From assembly GCA_039028615.1 (NCBI GenBank), contig JBCCHT010000022.1, forward strand, positions 128,001-192,000: DNA of 64,000 nucleotides, given 5' to 3'. Both the position numbers and the translations under genes were made by a program. How positions within the stretch are numbered: position 1 is the first letter of the stretch; each line of letters opens with the position of its first letter. Positions 20,469-29,252 of the stretch are shown here, piece after piece. This DNA is from Myxococcota bacterium (lineage in GTDB: Bacteria; Myxococcota_A; Polyangia; Nannocystales; Nannocystaceae). The notes below the pieces were generated by a model. That model did not search any database, was not told the origin of the DNA, and saw only the letters and a program-made list of their open reading frames with translations.

Positions 20469-21386
20469 GTGTTGAACAAAGCGCCGTCGTTCGTCCTGAG
20501 TCTCGCCCTGTTCGCGCCGTCGTTGGCATGCACCGTGGAGCCCGATCCGATCTCCGAGTCCCTGGAGGACTTGGAGACCTTCCGCGACGCCACCGACCCC
20601 ACCGTGCTGGTCCACGGGCTGACCCGGCGGGACATCCTGCCTCCGCTGATCATCGTGTTCGTGGGGGACATTGCCGCGCTCGGCTGCGGGCCGCTCGACG
20701 AGGTGTGCACGGGTCTCGACGACCAGAAGAAGGAAAAGGACACCGTCTGCACGGAGTGCTCGTTGTCGTGCACGGGCAGTCGCAATCCCGACGATTCCTG
20801 GAACGGCGCGGGCGATTGCGCCGAGAAGAGCAAGGCCGGCAGCGACACACACGAGCACACCCAGGAGGGGCAGGACTTCCCCAAGCTCGTGATCGAGTAC
20901 GACTACGAGATCGAGTCCAAGGAGATCGCCCACGCGTCGGTCGGCGGAGACGTGCCCGGAGCGGTGGGCTCCGATCCCGACCTGTTCATCGATCGGCGCG
21001 TCGTGTGGAGCTACACCTTCGAGTACACCAAGGTCACCCTGTGGCTGGCCGCCGACGACTCGCATGCTCTGCAGGTGCCCGCTCCGCTGACGGGTGAGTA
21101 CGCGGGGTGCTCGTTCGTGGCCGGCAAGTCCTGCGGAGGCGGCACGGGGACCGGGACCGGCACCGGGACTGGGACAAGCACCGGGACTGGGACAAGCACT
21201 GGGACCGGCACAAGCACGGGCACCAGCACGTGGGGCGGAACTGCGGGAGGCGATGACACCTGGACTGGCGGGGGCACGGGCGGCGACGCAACGGCGAGCG
21301 CGAGCGAGACCGGAGGCTACGAGTGGGGTCTGGAGACGGGATTCATCGAGACCACCGCGGCGGGCACCTGGGGCACGGGCGGCTAG
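20469..21386 (+). CDS. Cys-rich putative lipoprotein with Gly/Thr-rich tail
   Basis: Lipobox-like 'SLAC'; coding-like codon usage; (GT)n tract. Confidence 0.65.
   Translation: MLNKAPSFVLSLALFAPSLACTVEPDPISESLEDLETFRDATDPTVLVHGLTRRDILPPLIIVFVGDIAALGCGPLDEVCTGLDDQKKEKDTVCTECSLSCTGSRNPDDSWNGAGDCAEKSKAGSDTHEHTQEGQDFPKLVIEYDYEIESKEIAHASVGGDVPGAVGSDPDLFIDRRVVWSYTFEYTKVTLWLAADDSHALQVPAPLTGEYAGCSFVAGKSCGGGTGTGTGTGTGTSTGTGTSTGTGTSTGTSTWGGTAGGDDTWTGGGTGGDATASASETGGYEWGLETGFIETTAAGTWGTGG
21162..21215 (+). repeat. 18-bp tandem repeat encoding TGTGTS
   Basis: accgggactgggacaagc x2 exact plus one degenerate copy. Confidence 0.8.
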
Positions 21387-21497
21387 CCACGCCCGAAGAA
21401 CGGTGTCCGCGAGTCCGGCCCCTCGGACGACCGACGGCGCCCCCTCGTTCCCGAATCCAGCCGCTCGACGCTTCGGCATTTGCGGTATCGTGCCGCC

Positions 21498-22040
21498 ATG
21501 CGTCGACGCGTGTTTGCCCAGTCGGTGGTGATGACCTTCTCGATCGCCGAGCTCGCGTGTGCGGGCAGCGGCGGCGAGCCCCTGCCCGGCAACCCCCCGC
21601 CTCCGGCCGACGGCGGGGCCGCGCCCGCGGACGACGGCACGCCAGCTGGCGACGAAGGCAAGACGGTCAACCCTCCGCCTCCCGTGGACAGCGGTGCGCC
21701 AGCCGATGGCGGTGCCCCGGCCGATGGCGGTGATGGGGCAGCACCCCCCGCCGATGGCGCCGACACGACCGCGCCGACCACCAAGACCACCGTCGACCAG
21801 CGCGCAGACGGGACCTGCTGGGAGACGGTCGTCATCGACTGCCCGCCGGGCGTCGCCTGCAACCCTCCCCCGCCCAAGGAGGTCCCCTGCCCCGACGCCA
21901 TGCTGCCCGACGCCGAGGTGGCCGCCAACGTCGTCCGGCGTGACAACGGCAGCTGCTGGGAGATGAAGGACATCAAGTGCCCCGAGGGCGCCACGTGCAA
22001 CCCGCCCCCGCCGCGCCAGGTCAAGTGTCCGCCGAAGTAG
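21498..22040 (+). CDS. Secreted Cys/Pro-rich repeat protein (two C-W-E...C-P-x-G-x-x-C-N-P-P-P-P...C-P units)
   Basis: Signal/lipobox-like 'ELAC'; internal duplication. Confidence 0.75.
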   Translation: MRRRVFAQSVVMTFSIAELACAGSGGEPLPGNPPPPADGGAAPADDGTPAGDEGKTVNPPPPVDSGAPADGGAPADGGDGAAPPADGADTTAPTTKTTVDQRADGTCWETVVIDCPPGVACNPPPPKEVPCPDAMLPDAEVAANVVRRDNGSCWEMKDIKCPEGATCNPPPPRQVKCPPK

Positions 22041-22720
22041 CGACGAGCAAAGTCGCCCACGAGTGGCTGCGCCGGGTCGAAGCCGAGTACACCTCGGCCG
22101 CGATCACGCAAGAACTCGTGCTGTGGCTGATCCGGCTCGGTGCTCCGCCCGAGCTCATCACCGATGGCCTGCGCATCGTCGAAGACGAGCTCACCCACGC
22201 CAAGATGAGCCACGACGTGGCCCGAGCGGCCGGCCTCGACGAGCGCCCGCAGCTCGTTCAAGAGCGCCTGGGCCTGCCGCGGGACGCATCTCGCCCTCTG
22301 CTCGTGGACGTCGCCCTGCACGGGGTGGAGGTCTTCTGCCTGGGCGAGACGGTGGCCGTTCCGCTGTTCGTCGCCATGCGGGAGGGCTGCACGGTGCCCG
22401 TCGCCCGCGAGGCCCTCGACCGCATCGTCCGCGACGAAGTCCGCCACCGCGACTTCGGCTGGAGCCTGCTCGACTGGCTCGTCGAGGCCGCGGGCGACCC
22501 CATCCGCGAGCGCGTGCAGCAGGCCCTGCCCGGCATGCTCGCTCGAGTCCGCCGCAACTACGGGCAATCCGACTTCGACCAACGCCACGACGAGCCCACC
22601 GACACCGACGCCGCCTGGGGGCTCATCCCCACGCCGCGCTACGCCGAGATCCTCGAGCGCTGCATTACCCGGGACTACGCGCCACGCTTCGAACGCGTCG
22701 GCCTGACCCTGTCCCTGTGA
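22025..22720 (+). CDS. Ferritin-like diiron protein
   Basis: 'EAEYTS', 'DELTH', 'GETVA', 'DEVRH' give an E..ExxH..E..ExxH ligand set; GTG start overlapping upstream gene (start uncertain). Confidence 0.82.
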   Translation: MSAEVATSKVAHEWLRRVEAEYTSAAITQELVLWLIRLGAPPELITDGLRIVEDELTHAKMSHDVARAAGLDERPQLVQERLGLPRDASRPLLVDVALHGVEVFCLGETVAVPLFVAMREGCTVPVAREALDRIVRDEVRHRDFGWSLLDWLVEAAGDPIRERVQQALPGMLARVRRNYGQSDFDQRHDEPTDTDAAWGLIPTPRYAEILERCITRDYAPRFERVGLTLSL

Positions 22721-22726
22721 GCCGGG

Positions 22727-24136
22727 TCAGCCCAGACCATCGTTGCCGCCCGGACACAGCGTGACGGTGTAGTTCATCGTGTTCGGGTTCTCCGTGCTCG
22801 GATCCGGCGTCGCGCAAGTGAAGGTGCTCGTGGCGTCGTCGAAGGGGAAGCTATAGGCAGTGGGGCATGCCTCTTTGACAAAGCGCGCCCAGGGCTCGGC
22901 CAGCGCCGTCCACTCCGGGTTGGTGTCGTAGCAGGTGAAGCCCGGCGGAACGGGCAGCGTGCTGCCGTCGATCATCCACTCGGGGCAGCCACAGCAGGTC
23001 GGGTTGGCCGCGCCCATGTTGTAGCAAGAGTTGGGGTTGAAGCCGTTGCAGCCGTACAGGTCGGTGACCATGCCCTGGCCCGGCACCGCCCCCGAACAGT
23101 TCACGGGCGCGCCCGCCGTGTTGGCGGTGTAGATGCACAGCTCGTCCGCCGTCCACCAGCCCAATGGAGCGCCGCACACCGTCTCGATGGTCGAGCCGCC
23201 GAAGGTGATGGCCGTGCCGCAGACCAGCCCGGCCCCGCACTCGTCGTCGCTCGTGCAGGCCGTGCCCCCGGGGGCGACCGCCTGCAGCAGCGTGCTCTGG
23301 TCGGTGGACATGCCGTCGAGCTCGATCTGCGGGTCGAAGTTCCACGAGCACCCGAGCAGCCCGCTGGCGCTCCCCGTAGCCGACCCCGCCGTCTCGCAGG
23401 TGTAGGGGTCGTCGCCTCCCTGCGTCCCGCCGTCGGGGCCCATCGAGATCGGGATGTTGGCCCCGTTGATGATCGAGATGTCGTAGAAATCCGAGCCGTC
23501 GAAGGAGAACGTGAACTCGGCCAGGCTCGCCGGTCCCTGCGGTCCGACTCCGTTCGCACACGGCTGCACCACCGTCATGCCCGCCTCGGACACGCCACAC
23601 ATCGCGGTCTGACACCCGCTGCCGTCGCTCTCACACTGGGTGCTGGCGTAGAGGTTGCCGCTCCACTTGACGTTGATCGTCTGGCCCGACGCCGCCCCGC
23701 TCGTGATGGCCTGCATGATCGGCGGCGCCGTCAGCTCGTAGGTGACCGAGTCTCCCGCCGCGAGCACGGGGCTGCCCGAGCTCGGCGCAGGGAAGTCCCA
23801 AAAGCACCCGGGGGGGTCTCGCGTGGTCAGGCAGGAGGTCCCGTCGGGGCACGAATCGCCCGCGCCGCAGTCCTCCACGTAGCCGCCGTTGATCCCCACA
23901 ACCACGGTCTGCCCCGCGCACTCGCTGGTCACGGTGACCACCCGATCGCCGTTGGCCGGATCGATCCCCGAGCCGCCCTCGGCGGTCTCGTCCGCGCTGG
24001 CCGACGAGCCATCGGTGGACACCGAGCTGTCGGTGGCCGCCGACTGGGTGTCGGAGCCTCCCGTGTCATCGCTGCAGCCGGCGCTCCCGATCGTCACCAG
24101 CAAGCAACCGACTCCCCATCCGCTACGCCACCGCAT
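22727..24136 (-). CDS. Thaumatin-like (PR-5 type) lipoprotein, possible beta-1,3-glucan-active protein
   Basis: 'PASLAEFT', 'DFYDISIINGANIPISM', 'KEACPTAYSFPFDDATSTFTC', 'YTVTLCP'; lipobox 'SAGC'. Confidence 0.88.
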   Translation of the reverse strand: MRWRSGWGVGCLLVTIGSAGCSDDTGGSDTQSAATDSSVSTDGSSASADETAEGGSGIDPANGDRVVTVTSECAGQTVVVGINGGYVEDCGAGDSCPDGTSCLTTRDPPGCFWDFPAPSSGSPVLAAGDSVTYELTAPPIMQAITSGAASGQTINVKWSGNLYASTQCESDGSGCQTAMCGVSEAGMTVVQPCANGVGPQGPASLAEFTFSFDGSDFYDISIINGANIPISMGPDGGTQGGDDPYTCETAGSATGSASGLLGCSWNFDPQIELDGMSTDQSTLLQAVAPGGTACTSDDECGAGLVCGTAITFGGSTIETVCGAPLGWWTADELCIYTANTAGAPVNCSGAVPGQGMVTDLYGCNGFNPNSCYNMGAANPTCCGCPEWMIDGSTLPVPPGFTCYDTNPEWTALAEPWARFVKEACPTAYSFPFDDATSTFTCATPDPSTENPNTMNYTVTLCPGGNDGLG

Positions 24137-24221
24137 TGCACGATGATAGCGCCCGGCGGGCGGCCAATGGCGCGCATCGGTGCCCCGCGTTCGAGGGGTT
24201 GCGATCGGGACTCGCGTCGAG

Positions 24222-24938
24222 TCAGCGCACCAACATGCGCTCGGCGGCGTCGTCGGAGATGGCCAGCTGCGACGCGACCTCGATGAACAACGCGCGCTCC
24301 CGCTCCCCTTCGGCGCTCGCCCGAACCAGCGGCACCAGGGCCATCAGCGCGATACTGCGTTCCTCGCCGTCCATGGCCAGCAATTGAGCCACGATGCCCT
24401 CGAGCGCAGGCGGCTCGTGGCGCAGGGCCAGCAGCGCGGGGCGGCGCCCCTCGGCGACGGGCAGTCGCTCGGTCAACGCATCGAGCTCTTCCGCCTCGGC
24501 CGGATCGAGCTGACCGTCGAGATTGGCCAGGATGGCCGCGAACCCGGCGACGAGCTCGGAACGCTTGTGTGCTTGCGCCAGCCACAGTGCGCGAAGACGC
24601 GCAGCCTCGTCGGTGGGCAGCCCCAGCTTGGTGGCGAGCTCGTCGTGCACCTGTGTTTCTTGTTCGCTGCCCTCGCCGTCGGCCAGCGCCATGCGCCACG
24701 CCTTCTCGAGGATGGGCTCGACGAAGAACGGCATGGGCGGCGCCAGCGAGTCGAGATGCGCCGACAAACGCTGTCGATCGGCCAGCAGCTCGATCCACGC
24801 GGTCGCGTCCTCTTGGCGGAGGCGCTCGTCGAGCATCCACAGCACCCGATCCCACTCCCCGGCCTCCAAGATCCCATCGGCATGGGCCACGAGACCGCAC
24901 GCGGCGAGGGTCCACTCTTGCTCGGGTGAAAGTGGCAT
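24222..24938 (-). CDS. TerB-like protein with tandem domains
   Basis: 'VAHADG...E', 'MALADGEGSEQE', 'NLDGQLDPAE', 'RERALF..VASQLAI'. Confidence 0.75.
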   Translation of the reverse strand: MPLSPEQEWTLAACGLVAHADGILEAGEWDRVLWMLDERLRQEDATAWIELLADRQRLSAHLDSLAPPMPFFVEPILEKAWRMALADGEGSEQETQVHDELATKLGLPTDEAARLRALWLAQAHKRSELVAGFAAILANLDGQLDPAEAEELDALTERLPVAEGRRPALLALRHEPPALEGIVAQLLAMDGEERSIALMALVPLVRASAEGERERALFIEVASQLAISDDAAERMLVR

Positions 24939-25022
24939 GGCGATCAGGCTAGCAAGGGGAGCGCAGGCGAGCCACGATCGTATTTGTCAGGCTATCCTTT
25001 GCCGCGACGAGGGCATGAATCC

Positions 25023-26111
25023 GTGACGACGACGAGTGCCAGAATGATGCGCCGCGAGGATGCGCCCGCCGTGGCCCGCATCGTTGCCGCCCGGCTCCGA
25101 TCGGGACGCGAGGTCGACCTCGATCTCGTCGCACGACGCCTCGTTCGTTCGTACTTCGATCACCCCTGGCCCGACCCCGAGATTCGCCCCTGGATCTGCG
25201 AGACCAGCACCGGGCAAATCATCGGATTTCTGGGCGTGACGGCCCGTCCACTGCGGTGGGGCCCGAGAACGCTGCGAGCCGCGATCATCGGCAACCTGGT
25301 CGTCGACGAGGAGCACGGCGGCGCCGGAGCGAGTCACACGATCATCAACGAGTTTCTGCAGGGCCCCCAAGACCTGGCGATCAGCGACCACGCCCTCGAC
25401 GTCACGCGAAAGATTTCAGACCGCTTCGGCGGCGCCACCATTCGCCTGCTCAGCCTCGACTGGGATCTCCAGCTGCGCCCCGCCACCATCACCCTCGATC
25501 GCCGGATCGGCCGCCGCTTCAATCGCATGGCCCAAGGGTTGGCGCCCGTCGCTAACGCCATCGACACCCTTGGGCGTCGCTTCGAGCGCGGGCCCTGGTG
25601 GGTCGAGCGCAACGAATGCGAAGTCCGCCCCCTGACCATGGCGCGGCTCGCCGAGCTCGTCTCGCACCTGGGCGGCGACTCCATCACCCCCATCTACGAC
25701 GCCGAGTCGCTCGCGTGGATCATGGCCACCCCTCGTGGCCACGGCGAAGGGCTGCGCGCCCGCGAGGTCCTCAACGAACGCGGACACACCCTGGGCTGCT
25801 TCGTGCACTACGTCGACCGCGACTCCGAGGTGCTGCACCTGGGCGCGGAACTCGGCGCCGGCGAGCGGGTCTTCGAGTGCCTCGTCGCCGATGCGATCTC
25901 GGCCAATGCCCGGGCCCTCAACGGGCGGATTTGCCCCCCGCTCATGCGAGAGATGTCGGCCAAGGGCGTGCGCTATCAGACCAACAGCTGGTTCATCCTG
26001 CACACCAAGCGCCCCGAGATCGTCGCCGCCTTCCACGGAGGCGACACGTATTTCTCGCGGCTCGACGGCGAGCGTTGGTCGATGCGCTTCGTCGACATCG
26101 CCGACGAGTGA
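25023..26111 (+). CDS. GNAT-fold acyltransferase-like protein
   Basis: 'GQIIGFLG', 'IGNLVVDEEHGGAG' (motif A-like); start uncertain (25023 or 25044). Confidence 0.65.
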   Translation: MTTTSARMMRREDAPAVARIVAARLRSGREVDLDLVARRLVRSYFDHPWPDPEIRPWICETSTGQIIGFLGVTARPLRWGPRTLRAAIIGNLVVDEEHGGAGASHTIINEFLQGPQDLAISDHALDVTRKISDRFGGATIRLLSLDWDLQLRPATITLDRRIGRRFNRMAQGLAPVANAIDTLGRRFERGPWWVERNECEVRPLTMARLAELVSHLGGDSITPIYDAESLAWIMATPRGHGEGLRAREVLNERGHTLGCFVHYVDRDSEVLHLGAELGAGERVFECLVADAISANARALNGRICPPLMREMSAKGVRYQTNSWFILHTKRPEIVAAFHGGDTYFSRLDGERWSMRFVDIADE

Positions 26112-26121
26112 GAAACCGTGT

Positions 26122-27021
26122 TCAGGCGGTGCTACTCGCGGCCACCCGAGGCGTGAACAGCCGCGCAATCCACTTGGGGTTGAAGCCGGAGAACGCGAAC
26201 GAGCTGGAGATGTGCACGTAGCTCCACAGGAAACACTGGAGCACCCAAAACTCGTAGGTCAGCGCGGAAAACACCCCAATGAGCGGGGTGAACACCAGAA
26301 AGAAGGCACTGACTGCGGCAGTTTGCCCCACGAACTTCACCCGCTGCTTCGTGTCGCGAAGTTGGTAGAGCGGCAGGTAGATCCACACGAACAAGTGATA
26401 GAAGGCCGCGTCGAAGAAGTGCACCTCGGTGAACAGCACGATGCACGAAGTCGCGACACCGGCCACTTCGAATCCGATGACATCGAGCAGGGCATTTCGT
26501 TCGAGTGACTTGGCCACTGGGACCAGGCAGATCACGAAGGCAACGAAACTCAGTCCGAGCACGCCGAACGCCATTACGAACGGAATCTCGACGACAGAGG
26601 TGACCCGGGGGTCGCGGATCATGATGGTGCAGAAGCCCACGAAGGCCAGCACCACGCGCGAAATCAACAGTCGCGTCTGCGCCGGATCGAGCGAACCCGC
26701 CTTGCGCCCCACCACCATGTAGCCCTCCGTCAACGCGTGATGTGAGCCGAAATACACATACAGAGCGAGTGGAGGAAGCAGCAGGAACGGCGGGAGCATC
26801 AGCACCGGAGGCAGCACGACCAGCGCGATGAAACCGGCGAGCACCAGAAACGAAATCTGCCCGGTCACCACCGGTTTGACGCGCCGACGCCCGTACCACC
26901 CCGCCAAAACGTAGTGTCCGAACAGTACGGCGACGAAGAGCGAAAAGTACGACCACGGATCGACCAGCCATCGTAGACCGAGGATGCTGGCGACACTGGC
27001 GATTCGAATTAGCGTGAACAT
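26122..27021 (-). CDS. Polytopic membrane protein with several membrane-embedded His residues
   Basis: Multiple hydrophobic helices; 'FGHY', 'GSHHALTE', 'FYHLF', 'YVHI'; RBS-like ggagg/gaggg upstream of MFTLIR. Confidence 0.7.
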   Translation of the reverse strand: MFTLIRIASVASILGLRWLVDPWSYFSLFVAVLFGHYVLAGWYGRRRVKPVVTGQISFLVLAGFIALVVLPPVLMLPPFLLLPPLALYVYFGSHHALTEGYMVVGRKAGSLDPAQTRLLISRVVLAFVGFCTIMIRDPRVTSVVEIPFVMAFGVLGLSFVAFVICLVPVAKSLERNALLDVIGFEVAGVATSCIVLFTEVHFFDAAFYHLFVWIYLPLYQLRDTKQRVKFVGQTAAVSAFFLVFTPLIGVFSALTYEFWVLQCFLWSYVHISSSFAFSGFNPKWIARLFTPRVAASSTA

Positions 27022-27179
27022 TGACCCCTCGCCTCCCCCTCGGCGCAACTGGTCACGCATTCACTTTTCATCACCGGTCGGAGTAGCTGAAAGCAGCAGG
27101 AGCGTCCAGCACAAATCCCCTCGACGCGGCTCGCGAAGCTTGCCGATCCGATCAGGGTGTGGTCCCTTAAACGCTCACC

Positions 27180-29252
27180 TTGCACTGGCGCAACCGCACT
27201 CCAATCGAAACTCGACGGTTCCTGTTCTCGCTGCTGCGACCGCACGTTCCTGGGCTTGCGGCCGACCTGAGCAACGCGGCGCAGAACACCGATAACGTGC
27301 CACTGCCCGCACTATGCGAAGCACTGGGACAGTACTTCGGGCGTCCGCCCATCGACACGCCGTCTTCGCTCGCCGACTTCCTCGCGCGTGCCGACGAGCT
27401 GTCGGCGGAGCATGCTGCGCTCCCCCCTCGGGAGGCGGCTCGAGTGAGTGCCGACGGGGGTTGGTCGCCGCGAGCCAACGGCGAAATCACACTGGTTGAA
27501 ATCCTTCGTAAGCGCGCCCGCGAGCAACCTTCGCGCGTGGCGTTCACGTGGCTCGCAGCCGGCGAGCGCGAGGACGGGCAGCTCACGTACGCGCAGCTCG
27601 AGGAGCGCGCCCGGGCCATCGCGGCCGAGCTGCAGTCGCGCACCGAGCCCGGCGACCGCGTGCTGCTGCTGTACGAAGGCGGCCTGCAATTCGTCGAGTC
27701 GTTCTTCGGCTGTCTGTTCGCCAAGGTCGTCGCCGTCCCGGCCTACCCGCCCGACCCCTACCGGCTGCAGCGGAGCCTCGATCGCCTGCTGGGCATCGTG
27801 CGTGACGCGGAGCCCACGCTCATCCTCACCACCGCCTCCATCATCGCCATTCGCGATGGCCTGAAGCTCGACCTCGGGCAAGACCTCGCCGGACTCGAGT
27901 GGCTCGCCACCGATGCGGTGGACACCGCGCGCAGCGAGCAGTGGGAGGCCCGCCTCGCGGTCCCGGCCGACCTGGCCATGATCCAGTACACCTCGGGGTC
28001 CACTGGGACCCCCAAGGGGGTCATGGTCAGCCACGCCAACCTCCTCTACAACGAGGAGATGATCCACCAGGCCTTCGAGACCCACCCGGGCTCGGTGGTG
28101 GTGGGCTGGCTGCCGCTGTTCCACGACATGGGTCTCATCGGCAACGTGCTGCAGCCGGTCTATACCGGCTTCCACAGCGTGCTGATGTCCCCGCTGGACT
28201 TCCTCAAAAAGCCCCTGCGGTGGCTGCAGGCGATCAGCAACTACGAGGCCACCATCGGCGGCGGCCCGAACTTCGCCTACGAGCTGTGCATTCGAAAGGT
28301 GAGCGACGAAGACCTCGCGTCGCTGAAGCTGTCGCAGTGGCAGGTCGCGTTCAACGGCGCCGAGCCCATCTTCGACGACACCCTCGAGCGCTTCCGGGCC
28401 CGCTTCGCCCCCTGTGGCTTCCGACGCCAGGCCTTCTACCCGTGCTACGGGTTGGCCGAGACCACGCTCATCCTGACGGGCGGAGCACGCAACACCGAGC
28501 CGGTCTGCGTGCGCGTCGACGCCGAAGCCCTCGGCCATGGCCGCGCCGTGCTCGTCGAAGGCGAGGGCAACGACAGCGTCACCCTGATGGGAAGCGGCCG
28601 CCAGCTCTTCGCGCAGGACTATCGCATCGTCGATCCCGAGACCAAGGCGGCCTGCGAAGACGGTCGCGTCGGCGAGATCTGGGCCAGCGGCCCCGCCATC
28701 GCCCAGGGCTACTTTCGCCGCGAAGACGCCACCGCCGAGGCCTTCGGACACCGCGTCGCGGGCGACGACGGCACGGGCCCGCAGTTTCTACGCACGGGTG
28801 ACCTCGGCTTCGTCCTCGACGACGAGCTTTTCGTCACCGGGCGGATCAAGGACGTCATGATCCTCCGCGGGCGTAACCACTACCCGCAGGACCTCGAGCG
28901 CACCATCGCCGGCTCGCACGCGGCGCTTCGGCCGGGCTCCACCGCGTGCTTCACCGTTCGTCACGACGGCGAGCAAAAACCGGTGGCGGTGCAGGAGTTC
29001 AAAAAGGGCACCGCTCGGGAGACTCACGCCGACATCTTCGGCTCCGTGCGCGAGGCGGTCGCCCGCGACCACGGCCTGCGCCTCCACGACGTGCTGCTCA
29101 TTCCCGCCGGCACCATCCCCAAGACCTCCAGCGGCAAGATCCGCCGCCGCAAGTGCATGAACATCTACCTCGCGCGCCTCCGGGCCGCGCCCGACGACGC
29201 CGTCGGGACGCTGATGCGAGCGCCGAAACCAACCGAGGCCGATCATGGCTGA
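27180..29252 (+). CDS. Fatty acyl-AMP ligase (FAAL)
   Basis: 'QYTSGSTGTPKG', 'WLPLFHDMGL', 'GGPNFAYELC', 'CYGLAE', 'RTGDLG', 'GRNHYPQD', 'KTSSGKIRR'; start uncertain. Confidence 0.93.
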   Translation: MHWRNRTPIETRRFLFSLLRPHVPGLAADLSNAAQNTDNVPLPALCEALGQYFGRPPIDTPSSLADFLARADELSAEHAALPPREAARVSADGGWSPRANGEITLVEILRKRAREQPSRVAFTWLAAGEREDGQLTYAQLEERARAIAAELQSRTEPGDRVLLLYEGGLQFVESFFGCLFAKVVAVPAYPPDPYRLQRSLDRLLGIVRDAEPTLILTTASIIAIRDGLKLDLGQDLAGLEWLATDAVDTARSEQWEARLAVPADLAMIQYTSGSTGTPKGVMVSHANLLYNEEMIHQAFETHPGSVVVGWLPLFHDMGLIGNVLQPVYTGFHSVLMSPLDFLKKPLRWLQAISNYEATIGGGPNFAYELCIRKVSDEDLASLKLSQWQVAFNGAEPIFDDTLERFRARFAPCGFRRQAFYPCYGLAETTLILTGGARNTEPVCVRVDAEALGHGRAVLVEGEGNDSVTLMGSGRQLFAQDYRIVDPETKAACEDGRVGEIWASGPAIAQGYFRREDATAEAFGHRVAGDDGTGPQFLRTGDLGFVLDDELFVTGRIKDVMILRGRNHYPQDLERTIAGSHAALRPGSTACFTVRHDGEQKPVAVQEFKKGTARETHADIFGSVREAVARDHGLRLHDVLLIPAGTIPKTSSGKIRRRKCMNIYLARLRAAPDDAVGTLMRAPKPTEADHG

